Shown: positions 9,209-18,071 of the stretch, one piece after another
Layout of the letters: every line of letters begins with the position of its first letter
Numbering within the stretch: the first letter of the stretch is position 1
Source of the DNA: Candidatus Poribacteria bacterium
GTDB lineage: Bacteria; Poribacteria; WGA-4E; PCPOR2b
Direction: 5' to 3'
Assembly (NCBI GenBank): GCA_965116925.1
Contig: OZ220744.1
Location: 3,072,001-3,136,000 of the forward strand
DNA length: 64,000 bases
Position numbers and translations under genes: made by a program
The notes under the pieces: generated by a model
Databases searched by the model: none
What the model was told of the DNA's origin: nothing
What the model saw: the letters and a program-made list of their open reading frames with translations, nothing else

Positions 9209-11056
9209 ATGAGTATTTCACCACGCACCTCTCAAGAAACACCGGCAGGTTCAATTAACTTTGAAGATCTCCCGACTGTAGATGTTGTGGAGGAAACCGA
9301 TCTGGTCTATCACCAACTCTGCCCCGCCGACACCTTTGGAGACGGCGATGGGAAACCTTTTCATGTAGATGGCACACACCTCGCTGTCTTTAAGTATCAG
9401 GATAAATTTTATGCGGTTGATAACCGGTGTCCGCACATGGGCTATCCGATGTCCGAAGGCAGTGTCCGAGATGGTGTGTTGATTTGCCACTGGCACCATT
9501 GGGAATTCGACCTCAAATCGGGCGGCTGCTTCCTTGAATTTGGGGACGATCTAAAGGCGTTTCCTGTTACGATACGCGATGATGGGTATCTGTACGTTGG
9601 GCTTACCCGCGGAGAGCGAGCCGCAGCGAAACGCCGCGTCATCGATCGCGGCAAGCGCGCGCTTGAACGAGGCCTCAAAGATCGGAGCTCCTTCTTCATT
9701 GCGAAGGCAGTCACAGCCCTCACCGATGCAGAGGCGACACCCCAAGAGATTATTCAGCAGGGACTTCACTACGGTGCTCACAAAAGCAGCGAGGGTTGGT
9801 CGTCCGGCGTAGCGATTCTTACGCTCGCAGCCAATTTGTGGGACGAAGTTGCCCCGAAAGATCACAACCTGTTTCTCGTGCATGGGCTTGTGCAGATCAG
9901 CCGTCGAACATCGGGGAGTTCGCGTCCATACCGTGCACCCTTTCCACAGATGGCAGAGGAGCACGACCTCACAACCCTCAAGCGATGGTTCCGTTATTTT
10001 ATTGATAAACGGGACAGGGGTGCTGCGGAGCGCATTCTGCTCACCCTAAATGACCGCGGATACGACAAATCGGTCATAGCGGATTTCGTGTTCACCGCCG
10101 CCACTGACTTCTACTTCACCGGCGATGGTCACGCCCTCGACTTTGCGAACAAGATGTTTGAGGCACTAGATTACATTGAATGGGACGGGGCACACGAAAT
10201 CTTGCGTCCCATTGTTGTTGACTTGGTCAGCCGGACGCGCCATGAGGAGACATCTCGGTGGGCGGACAGTGTACCGGTGTTGGAGCCGATCTTCGATCGT
10301 CTAGATGAAATCTGGCAGGAGAACCAAGCCAACGAGGCAGAACTCGATATTTCCGAGTTCACCCAAACGATGCTTGGCGACGATTTTGTGCCGATTGTTG
10401 CAGAGATTGAGGTGAAGCTTCGCGCCGGCGTGAAGCCTACCGACATCTGTCGAGCCATGACCTACGCTTCAGCGATTCGGACCGCCCGTTTCCATCTCAA
10501 GAATGAGGGGGATTGGCACGATGTAGCAAACATCTACTCCTACGCACACGCGCTCTACTGCACGTTCCACTACGCACCAAGTGCAAACCTTTTGCGAGGA
10601 ATCTTCCACGGTGCCGTGTTCCTGAACTATCTACGCTGGTTGAACATGCCAGCGGCACGTATCCCTCGTCCCGGTCAACGGCTGGATGAAACCTTTGACT
10701 CCGTTGATGAGATGCTGGATCGCTTTCAGGAATTTGCCGACTTCCAGAAGGTCTACGAAGCAGAAATCCTTGTAAACCAATATCTGGAGGAAGGGCACGA
10801 CGTTGACGCGCTCAAGCGCGCATTGGCTCATATTTTACTCCGTGAAGATGCAGAACTTCACATGTTCCAAGTGCTCGAAGTCGCCTTTAGGCACTATGCA
10901 CTCACTGATGATATTGAGGAGAAGCGGATGCACCTCCTCGCCGCGACCCGCTACATCACCGCACAGAAGTTGATGAAGAATATCCTCTGGTCAACCGAGA
11001 ATGCAGAACGTCTAGCACGGGGCGAGTTGCTCAGTGAACGTGAGGATGATAATTAG
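9209..11056 (+). CDS. Rieske [2Fe-2S] domain fused to a helical domain (paralog 2)
   Basis: RBS AAGGAGG. CPHMGYPM...CHWH motif. Colinear with 5707-7476 (WFRYFI, GHALDF, ARFHLKNE, RGIFHGAV, LLREDAE). Confidence 0.9.
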   Translation: MSISPRTSQETPAGSINFEDLPTVDVVEETDLVYHQLCPADTFGDGDGKPFHVDGTHLAVFKYQDKFYAVDNRCPHMGYPMSEGSVRDGVLICHWHHWEFDLKSGGCFLEFGDDLKAFPVTIRDDGYLYVGLTRGERAAAKRRVIDRGKRALERGLKDRSSFFIAKAVTALTDAEATPQEIIQQGLHYGAHKSSEGWSSGVAILTLAANLWDEVAPKDHNLFLVHGLVQISRRTSGSSRPYRAPFPQMAEEHDLTTLKRWFRYFIDKRDRGAAERILLTLNDRGYDKSVIADFVFTAATDFYFTGDGHALDFANKMFEALDYIEWDGAHEILRPIVVDLVSRTRHEETSRWADSVPVLEPIFDRLDEIWQENQANEAELDISEFTQTMLGDDFVPIVAEIEVKLRAGVKPTDICRAMTYASAIRTARFHLKNEGDWHDVANIYSYAHALYCTFHYAPSANLLRGIFHGAVFLNYLRWLNMPAARIPRPGQRLDETFDSVDEMLDRFQEFADFQKVYEAEILVNQYLEEGHDVDALKRALAHILLREDAELHMFQVLEVAFRHYALTDDIEEKRMHLLAATRYITAQKLMKNILWSTENAERLARGELLSEREDDN

Positions 11057-11074
11057 CGAGCCAAACAAACAACC

Positions 11075-11112
11075 AAAAAAGGGCGCACCCGAACCGGTGC
11101 GCCCTTTTTTTT
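11075..11112. terminator. Rho-independent terminator, probably bidirectional
   Basis: AAAAAAGGGCGCACC-cgaacc-GGTGCGCCCTTTTTTTT. Confidence 0.85.
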
Positions 11113-11115
11113 ATC

Positions 11116-11206
11116 GCTCATGTTAAGATTTAGTGCAAAGAAACCGAGTTTTTTCTTCAAAACTCGGTTTCTCTTCGTACTTTGCACTTTCTTTTTATAT
11201 GAGCCC
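11116..11206 (+). mobile_element. MITE family D (IS1595-like ends, 8-bp TSD)
   Basis: (C/G)GCTCATGTTAAG...ATGAGCC ends. Sister copies have exact 8-bp TSDs: AATTTCGT at 11638-11890, TAGATATT at 18535-18666, AATGTTTC at 59740-59874. Confidence 0.7.
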
Positions 11207-11217
11207 TTTTTATTGAT

Positions 11218-11409
11218 TAGGACTTACGCAGTTGATATAAATACCGCCGCTGCCTTCGTGGCACGTCACCTGCTCTTGAAGAAATTGGGGGTTCCTAGTC
11301 TGTAATAGTGGGTACAGGTTGCCTAACCTGTACGGAGCATAATAGTAGGTACAGGTTGCCTAACCTGTACGGGGTGTGCGATGTTTGCCAGCGAAGTGCG
11401 TAACTCCTA
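11218..11409. mobile_element. MITE family C (TAGGACTTACGCA...TGCGTAACTCCTA) with two REP hairpins
   Basis: 13-bp TIR. Other copies at 11706-11856, 23119-23274 and 47779-47917. Confidence 0.72.
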
Positions 11410-11593
11410 CTAACTATCGGTATATCATTTTTATCACAACGGTGTGGCACAGTTTCAACAATCTATTTGCGATCACGGGGTTCCCTCTGAAATCATAGGG
11501 CGTATCACAAACATCTGCAAGGTTATCCTGTCAAAGGGTTTAGCGAAACAATCAGTTGTGCCATAATCCCCTGTTTACGGTTCGAGATAACTG

Positions 11594-11609
11594 TGGCATG
11601 GGAATTGCT
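11594..11609 (+). promoter_or_regulatory. Sigma54 promoter, probably of the WD40 gene at 13418
   Basis: TGGCATGGGAATTGCT, with GG 11595-96, N10, GC 11607-08. IHF-like TGTCAAAGGGTTT at 11529-11541 and TGT-N12-ACA at 11443-11460. Confidence 0.7.
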
Positions 11610-11637
11610 AACGGTCAATGCTCTAGGTAAATTTCGT

Positions 11638-11890
11638 GGCTTCATGTTAGGAAATCGTCCAACAGGAACCAAGTCTTTCCGAAAAAACTCGGTTCCTGTT
11701 AGTGTTAGGAGTTACACACTTCAGTTTGTAGTAGCGCAATTCATTGCGCGTTCTTCCCTCCCCATGCTTACGGGGGCGGGTGCCCTCAGGGCGCGGGAGG
11801 ACGGGTGATAAATCGCCGAACTACAAAGCTTTGACTGTTCAACTGCGTAAGTCCTAAGTGTGTATTTTGCACGTTCTTTTAAGATGAGCC
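11638..11890 (+). mobile_element. MITE D copy with a nested MITE C (11706-11856)
   Basis: AATTTCGT duplicated at 11630-11637 and 11891-11898. Confidence 0.75.
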
Positions 11891-11901
11891 AATTTCGTTT
11901 G

Positions 11902-13312
11902 TTGACATACTCCCCGCCCTAAAGGACGAGGATTCTTGTGATTCCCTGTCCGATAGTTTTGGGAATTGCGCTATCAACAAAGTGAGCCATCCGAAGATGG
12001 TCTTACAACTTCTTCTGCGAGGGTAGATGCCCCTACCCGGTAGATATTCATTGCAGCGTTGCGGTCTCTATCGTGTGTCGTGCCACAATCGTTACACCGC
12101 CATGTTCTATCACGGAGGTTCAACGCTTCATTAACAACACCGCAAACCGAGCAGGTTTTACTCGTTGGATACCACTTATCAATGAACACGATCTTGACGC
12201 CTTTTTTCTTAGCGATATACACCAACTTCTTGACGAAATCGGCAAAGCCGAGGTCGCTGACTTGGCGCCCCCAAAGGCTTTTCATACCTTTAAGGTTCAA
12301 ATCCTCAAGCCGTATCTCGTCGTATTCATCAGTGAGTTGGTGTGCAAGCTTCCAGTGGAAATCTGCGCGTTGCCGTTCAATCTTGCGGTGCTTCCGTGCT
12401 AAATTCAATCTTGCCCGTTCACGATTCTTTGACTGCTTCTTTGTTCGTGAATGCGCTCGGGTCGCACGTTTGATAGTATTGAGGCTGCGTTTGAAAAACT
12501 GGGGTGAGTCTATATCATGTCCGTTTGACCCAGTGAGATACCTGGTGAGACCGAAATCAAAGCCCGCGATTTTACCCGTCATAACCCGATTTAAGTACGG
12601 TTCCTCATAGTCCGTTAAAATACAGATATAGATGTCACCGAGAGTGTCCCGTTTAATCGTGCACCGTTTCGGGTTGCCATGCACATCACGGGATTTGAAA
12701 TACTGATAGATCCGTTTGCCTATCTGAATCTTGTTACCGGGCAGGAGTTTCCAACCCGCTTGTTTGAGTGTGAATGATTTATACTTGCGACGCGGTTTGA
12801 AACGGGGACGCCCCCACTTTTGACCGTTCGCACGGGCTTCAAACATCGCGTTATAGCCTTTGTCGATTCGTCCAACTACGTCCTGAATCGCTTGGCTAGG
12901 CAGCTGATTCCAATGGGCAAACTTCGATAGCCGTTTCAGCTTAGAGATATGACGCATCAATCTAAACTTATTGATATATTTGCCATAGATGGCGTGATAG
13001 CGTCGTTGAAGCGAAACACAGTGGTTCCAAACGTGAGCGTGACCATCTATCGTCTGATGCAACTCACGATTCCCGTGATTGGAATACATCTTGAACTTGT
13101 AGGTTTTCATAGGGGACTAGCTTTCTGGCTTTCATGTCCTATTCCGTAGGAGGTGGGAGGCACCACCGAGCAGTGGTGCGGAATCCTCCCACGAAAGCCG
13201 AGACAATTCTACCATATTTAACCTACAAAATCAACACTGTTTGACGAACTAACGGGGTTGGTCCGTGCTGTATCCCCGCCTTAAAAGGCGGGGATACAGT
13301 ACGGAAGATTGG
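11902..13312 (-). mobile_element. IS200/IS605-family element, TnpB only (IS1341-like, non-autonomous)
   Basis: On the minus strand: TTAC (13316-13313), left-end hairpin at 13263-13304, tnpB, right-end hairpin at about 11910-11933, terminal TCAA (11905-11902). No tnpA. Confidence 0.85.
11974..13110 (-). CDS. tnpB: RNA-guided endonuclease TnpB
   Basis: RuvC motifs GFDFG, RLEDL and DRDRNAA, zinc finger CSVC...CNDC, and N-terminal KTYKFKMY. Confidence 0.95.
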   Translation of the reverse strand: MKTYKFKMYSNHGNRELHQTIDGHAHVWNHCVSLQRRYHAIYGKYINKFRLMRHISKLKRLSKFAHWNQLPSQAIQDVVGRIDKGYNAMFEARANGQKWGRPRFKPRRKYKSFTLKQAGWKLLPGNKIQIGKRIYQYFKSRDVHGNPKRCTIKRDTLGDIYICILTDYEEPYLNRVMTGKIAGFDFGLTRYLTGSNGHDIDSPQFFKRSLNTIKRATRAHSRTKKQSKNRERARLNLARKHRKIERQRADFHWKLAHQLTDEYDEIRLEDLNLKGMKSLWGRQVSDLGFADFVKKLVYIAKKKGVKIVFIDKWYPTSKTCSVCGVVNEALNLRDRTWRCNDCGTTHDRDRNAAMNIYRVGASTLAEEVVRPSSDGSLC

Positions 13313-13417
13313 GTAAGGCACCGTTCCGATGCCATATTGAACTAACAGCGTTTGCCCAATTGGCGACTCCAAAACGGCAAGACGCTTCAACCTATTTTCA
13401 AAAAAGGAGTATTTTCC

Positions 13418-15856
13418 ATGAAAACTATCGTGACGTTACTTATTCTTTTCACCCTCTTTTCAGTCTGCACCTATGCCCAAGAATACACGCTACCCGACGG
13501 TGCCAAAGCCCGTTTCGGTAAAGGGAGTGTATCTGACATACAGTATTCGCCAGACGGCACCCTGCTTGCTGTTGGGAGTAGTATCGGTATTTGGCTATAT
13601 GATACCCACACCGGTGCCGGAGGGACTCTGCTCATAGAGCATACGAATTGGGTCGAAAGCGTATCGTTCAGTCCTGATGGAGGCACACTGGCAAGTGCGA
13701 GTCGGGACAACACGGTGCGCTTGTGGGACGTGTCAACACGAAAACTAATACAGACACTTGAGCATACGAATCGGGTCAATGATGTATCGTTCAGTCCTGA
13801 TGGAGGCACACTAGCAAGTGCGAGTTGGGCTGCCGTCAGTCTGTGGGACGTGTCAACAGGAGAACTGATACAGACACTTGAGGGGCGTATGGATTGGGCC
13901 AATGATGTATCGTTCAGTCCTGATGGACGAACACTGGCAAGTGCGAATTCTGCCGTCAGCCTGTGGGACGTGTCAACAGGAGAACTGATACCGAAACTTA
14001 GGCATACGAGTAACGTCCGAAGGGTATCGTTCAGTCCTGATGGACGAACACTAGCAAGTATGAGTGGGGCTGCCGTCAGTCTGTGGGACGTGTCAACAGG
14101 AGAACTGATGCAGACACTTGAACATACGAGTTGGGTCGATGATATATCGTTCAGTCCTGATGGAGGCACACTGGCAAGTGCGAGTAGTGACGGCACGGTG
14201 CACCTGTGGGATGTGTCAACAGGGGAACTGATACAGACACTTGAGGGCGCACAGGGGGGTTGGGTCTTAAGCGTATCGTTCAGTCCCGATGGAGGCACAC
14301 TGGCAAGTGCGAGTAGTGACGGCACGGTGCGCCTGTGGGATGTGTCAACAGGGGAACTGATACAAGCCATTGAGCATACGAGTTGGGTCTTCAGCGTATC
14401 GTTCAGTCCTGATGGACGAACACTGGCAAGTGGGAGTAGGGACAGCACGGTGCGCCTGCGGGACGTGTCAACAGGAGAACTGATACAGACCATTGAGCAT
14501 ACGGATTGGGTCTATGATGTATCGTTCAGTCCTGATGGACGAACACTGGCGAGTGCGAGTAGTGACGGCACGGTGCGCCTGTGGGACGTGTCAACAGGGG
14601 AACTGATACACACACTTGAGCATACGGATTGGGTCTATGATGTATCGTTCAGTCCTGATGGACGAACACTGGCAAGTGGGAGTAGGGACAGCACGGCGCG
14701 CCTGTGGGACGTGTCAACAGGGGAACTGATACACACACTTGAGGACGCGCAGGGAGGGTCGGTCTTAAGCCTATCGTTCAGTCCCGATGGAGGCACATTG
14801 GCAAGTGGTGGAAATGTGGACCGCACGGTTCATCTGTGGGACGTGTCAACAGGGGAACTGATACAGGAACTTGAGGGGGATGGTGAGGCCTTCAGCGTAT
14901 CATTCAGTCCCGATGGCAGGACACTGGCAGTTAGGACTTGGGGCGGCCATGTTCACCTGTGGGACGTGTCAACAGGGGAACTGATACAGACGCTTGAGGA
15001 CGTGTCGAGTGGTTCGGTTGTAAACAACATATCGTTCAGTCCTGATGGAAACACACTGGCAGGTGGGAGTTATGCTGTCCGCCTGTGGGAGGTGTCAACA
15101 GGAGAACTGATACAGACACTTGAGGGGCATACGGGTAGCATCCAAAGCGTATCGTTCAGTCCTGATGGAAACACACTGGCAAGTGCGAGTAGTGACGGCA
15201 TAATACTACTCTGGGATATAGCACCGTTCCTTTCCATCATAATAGTAAATGAGGATGTCAACGGCGATGGCGTGGTGAATATCCTTGACCTTGTTACGGT
15301 TGCCGGCGCGCTTGGACACACCGGGCAAATTGATGCGGATGTCAACGGCGATGGTGTGGTGAATATCCTTGACCTTGTCACGGTTGCCGGCGCGCTTGGC
15401 AGTACAGGCGCAGCCCCTGCGGCGTATCCCCAAGCACTGTCAATGCTTACCGCTGAAGATGTCCAAAGTTGGCTGACCCAAGCGCAGCGTTTGAGCCTTA
15501 CCGACCTACGCTTGCAAAGGGGTATCCGCTTCCTCGAGCAGCTGCTCGCCGCGTTGACCCCCAAAGCGACTATCCTGTTGCCCAACTATCCGAACCCGTT
15601 CAACCCGGAGACGTGGATACCATATCATCTCGCGCACGCCGCCGATGTCAAAGTCACTATTTATGACACAAAAGGTGTGTTGGTGCGTCAGCTAGATTTG
15701 GGCTATCAACCTGCGGGGTATTACGCGGATCGGGCAGAGGCGGCATATTGGGACGGTCGTAACGCCAATGGCGAGTCGGTAGCAAGTGGAATCTATTTCT
15801 ACCAACTCCGTGCGGGTGATTATTCCGCCACGCGGCGGATGGTCATCCTCAAGTAA
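13418..15856 (+). CDS. Secreted 14-repeat WD40 protein with dockerin-like EF-hand pair and FlgD/T9SS-like C-terminal domain
   Basis: RBS AAGGAG, signal peptide, 14 (F/Y)SPDG repeats, 2x DVNGDGVVNILDLV, NYPNPFNPETWIPY...ATRRMVILK. Confidence 0.92.
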   Translation: MKTIVTLLILFTLFSVCTYAQEYTLPDGAKARFGKGSVSDIQYSPDGTLLAVGSSIGIWLYDTHTGAGGTLLIEHTNWVESVSFSPDGGTLASASRDNTVRLWDVSTRKLIQTLEHTNRVNDVSFSPDGGTLASASWAAVSLWDVSTGELIQTLEGRMDWANDVSFSPDGRTLASANSAVSLWDVSTGELIPKLRHTSNVRRVSFSPDGRTLASMSGAAVSLWDVSTGELMQTLEHTSWVDDISFSPDGGTLASASSDGTVHLWDVSTGELIQTLEGAQGGWVLSVSFSPDGGTLASASSDGTVRLWDVSTGELIQAIEHTSWVFSVSFSPDGRTLASGSRDSTVRLRDVSTGELIQTIEHTDWVYDVSFSPDGRTLASASSDGTVRLWDVSTGELIHTLEHTDWVYDVSFSPDGRTLASGSRDSTARLWDVSTGELIHTLEDAQGGSVLSLSFSPDGGTLASGGNVDRTVHLWDVSTGELIQELEGDGEAFSVSFSPDGRTLAVRTWGGHVHLWDVSTGELIQTLEDVSSGSVVNNISFSPDGNTLAGGSYAVRLWEVSTGELIQTLEGHTGSIQSVSFSPDGNTLASASSDGIILLWDIAPFLSIIIVNEDVNGDGVVNILDLVTVAGALGHTGQIDADVNGDGVVNILDLVTVAGALGSTGAAPAAYPQALSMLTAEDVQSWLTQAQRLSLTDLRLQRGIRFLEQLLAALTPKATILLPNYPNPFNPETWIPYHLAHAADVKVTIYDTKGVLVRQLDLGYQPAGYYADRAEAAYWDGRNANGESVASGIYFYQLRAGDYSATRRMVILK

Positions 15857-15986
15857 GCCCATAAACCGGCAGGAGTGACCGGGTTTTTCTAAACAACTCG
15901 GTCACTGATTATAGGTTGACCACCAATCTATAGTCAATTGTAGGTCGAGATTCACATCTCGACAACAGTATGTAGGGAGAGGATCA

Positions 15987-17441
15987 ATGAAATCAATAGA
16001 ACAATATCTTTGGAAATTGCCAATTGCGTTGATGATATTAGTAACCTGGATTGGCTGCGGCGGGAAGGCGGAAATTACAACATCCTCCTCTCAAAGCAGA
16101 GGAATAATGGTTAGCTCTGATGGCATGCAGCGCACGGACGAAACAGCGATTGATAAAATTGGGAAACATCTCGTAGACGTTGCCCAGCGTGTGAGTCATG
16201 AGAGCACGAAGCAGATGGTCGATCTTGTGTTTGTTATTGATGGGAAGTTGGTAGGGAAGGAGCCGGAAAAAATTCAAAGATGGCTCGCTGACATGACCAG
16301 TGTTTTTGACGAATCAACGATTGACCATCGGGCCGCGTTCATCTGGTTTCAAGGTGATGCCTCACAAATGCGGGGCAAACCGCTAGAGAAAGGGCTCGTC
16401 ATATTTGAAGAAGGTTTTGGCAAATCACCGATGCGATTTAAGGGTGTGGTCGCTAGGCATGGGCTTGACGCGATTATGACCGGGCTTGCAGAGTTGGAGT
16501 TTCGCTTGAATGCTGAAAAGGAATCTAGGGATAATGACGAGTACTTTTGGGAGGGCGAAAAGCACGTTTGGGATGGTGAAAAGCACTTTGTTATCATCAC
16601 AAGTGATCCGTTGAAAACGGACTGGGGAGCCGGACGTGAAGTTGAGCTCGTCGAGAAAATTCTGGAGCGGTGCAGAGAAGATGAGATTCAGATTCACATC
16701 ATCGGAATGAGCGAAGAGATACAGGTACAATTAGCTTACCTGAGCGGTGGCAAATGGTACGAGGCACCCGAAAGGCAACGCAAGGACGAACTGGTGCTAA
16801 CAGACCTGTTTATGCCCTTTATGTCCAAGGTTGATGAGATCTTCAAGCACATCGCTCAACATATCGCTGAGACAGTACAGCAACCCATCGATCTGGTGTT
16901 CCTCTTTGACTCCAGTTTGAGCATGGACAATAAGGTGGAGGATATCTGCACAGGTTTGGATGCCTTGGTCCAAGTTTTCGATGGCGAGGGGTTAGACTAT
17001 CGGTTTGGAGTCATACGGTTCTGGGCAGCGGGAGATAGCGGGAGCTCGGTCTTGACAACGAAACCGCCGCTAAATGCCGAGCAGGTCAAGCAGCTGTTTC
17101 GGAGACCGAGGCGTGGCAATGAACATCTGTTAGATGCAATCATGAGGGGTGTCCCTAAACTCGAAACCCCTAACAACCGGAAGCTAGTGTTGATTATCGT
17201 CACCGATGAACCCGCCAGTAGCGGGCGGGGAACGGGGTATACATATACAGGATCCGTCGAAGTCTGTCGCCATGCCGGTGCACAAGTCAACATTATTGGA
17301 GGTGTCAGACCGTTGGCTTCTCGCAGTGGCATGTTTGTGGACGCAGACCAATTCCAACGTGTTATCATTGAAGCCACAAACGGGACAGGTTACATTATGC
17401 CGGGGGCTGTGCCACACTGGCGGGATCGCTTCAGTCGATAA
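15987..17441 (+). CDS. Lipoprotein with two vWA-like domains
   Basis: Lipobox IGC. First domain DLVFVIDGKL (MIDAS degenerate), second DLVFLFDSSLSM (MIDAS intact) with IIVTDEP. Confidence 0.8.
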   Translation: MKSIEQYLWKLPIALMILVTWIGCGGKAEITTSSSQSRGIMVSSDGMQRTDETAIDKIGKHLVDVAQRVSHESTKQMVDLVFVIDGKLVGKEPEKIQRWLADMTSVFDESTIDHRAAFIWFQGDASQMRGKPLEKGLVIFEEGFGKSPMRFKGVVARHGLDAIMTGLAELEFRLNAEKESRDNDEYFWEGEKHVWDGEKHFVIITSDPLKTDWGAGREVELVEKILERCREDEIQIHIIGMSEEIQVQLAYLSGGKWYEAPERQRKDELVLTDLFMPFMSKVDEIFKHIAQHIAETVQQPIDLVFLFDSSLSMDNKVEDICTGLDALVQVFDGEGLDYRFGVIRFWAAGDSGSSVLTTKPPLNAEQVKQLFRRPRRGNEHLLDAIMRGVPKLETPNNRKLVLIIVTDEPASSGRGTGYTYTGSVEVCRHAGAQVNIIGGVRPLASRSGMFVDADQFQRVIIEATNGTGYIMPGAVPHWRDRFSR

Positions 17442-17577
17442 AGCCATCTGCTGATAGCGGGAACATCTCCGGCAATCTGTCAAAACCTCGCCCCAACTTT
17501 CTCTGATGGTTCATGTTAAGCAACTGTGAAACAGAACCTAAGTTTTCAAGAAAAAACTCAGGTTCTGTTTGCAGATG

Positions 17578-17754
17578 TCACGCGACCAATTGACCACGGT
17601 TATCAATCTCATCGCGCAAACATTTGCGACAGTAGTAGATCGGAAGTGCTTTGCGGTAAACAAAACCCTTCGCTTGTGTGCCACACTTTTCGCAGGTCTG
17701 ATCCTTGATTACGTGGATAGCCTTGGTTACTTTTGATGAAGCAGCCGTTTTCAT
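17578..17754 (-). CDS. Small (58 aa) CxxC...CxxC zinc-ribbon-like protein, not in ORF track
   Basis: RBS AAAGGAG upstream of the ATG. Translation MKTAASSKVTKAIHVIKDQTCEKCGTQAKGFVYRKALPIYYCRKCLRDEIDNRGQLVA. Confidence 0.7.
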   Translation of the reverse strand: MKTAASSKVTKAIHVIKDQTCEKCGTQAKGFVYRKALPIYYCRKCLRDEIDNRGQLVA

Positions 17755-17774
17755 CTAAGTCTCCTTTCTTTATG

Positions 17775-17995
17775 TATAGTGAATTGAAAAAATAAAGAAA
17801 CACTTGCGCCCCCCCGGTAGGTGCGGTTTGATGAAGTTTAAGTATTTAAATCGGTAATCCCGATTTGCCTCGAAACATACGGTAGGCGCGGGGGAAAACC
17901 GCGCCGGCGTCGATAACAAATTACCGAACTGTTTTTTTAATTTTCATGTAACCGCACCGGTTTGGCGTGTCCCATTAATTCTAAAATCTACTATA
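17775..17995 (+). mobile_element. MITE A with a nested element F (17831-17947) in the loop of its REP hairpin
   Basis: GGTGCGGTTTG [ATGAAGTTTAAG...TTAATTTTCAT] GTAACCGCACC. Confidence 0.78.
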
Positions 17996-18071
17996 TATGA
18001 ATCATGCTCTTACTGGGTTATAAAGAGATAGGCATTTCACAAAATGCTAACCCTTGTTTTTCTAAATGTGA

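Noticed and set aside
11444..11460. Additional sigma54 promoters at TGGCAC matches (11445 on +, about 17680 on -)
   Set aside because: No GC at the -12 position, and the second match lies within the small zinc-ribbon ORF.
13127..13199. Hammerhead ribozyme (three stems, CGAAA)
   Set aside because: The CUGAnGA core is absent on both strands.
13471..14493. 340-aa minus-strand ORF and other long antisense ORFs (e.g. 3725-4264, 12059-12610, 29817-30350, 56873-57415)
   Set aside because: Shadow frames of well-supported genes on the opposite strand, with no motifs of their own.
13630..15220. Diversity-generating retroelement target
   Set aside because: No reverse transcriptase or template repeat in the window, and the differences are not confined to adenines.
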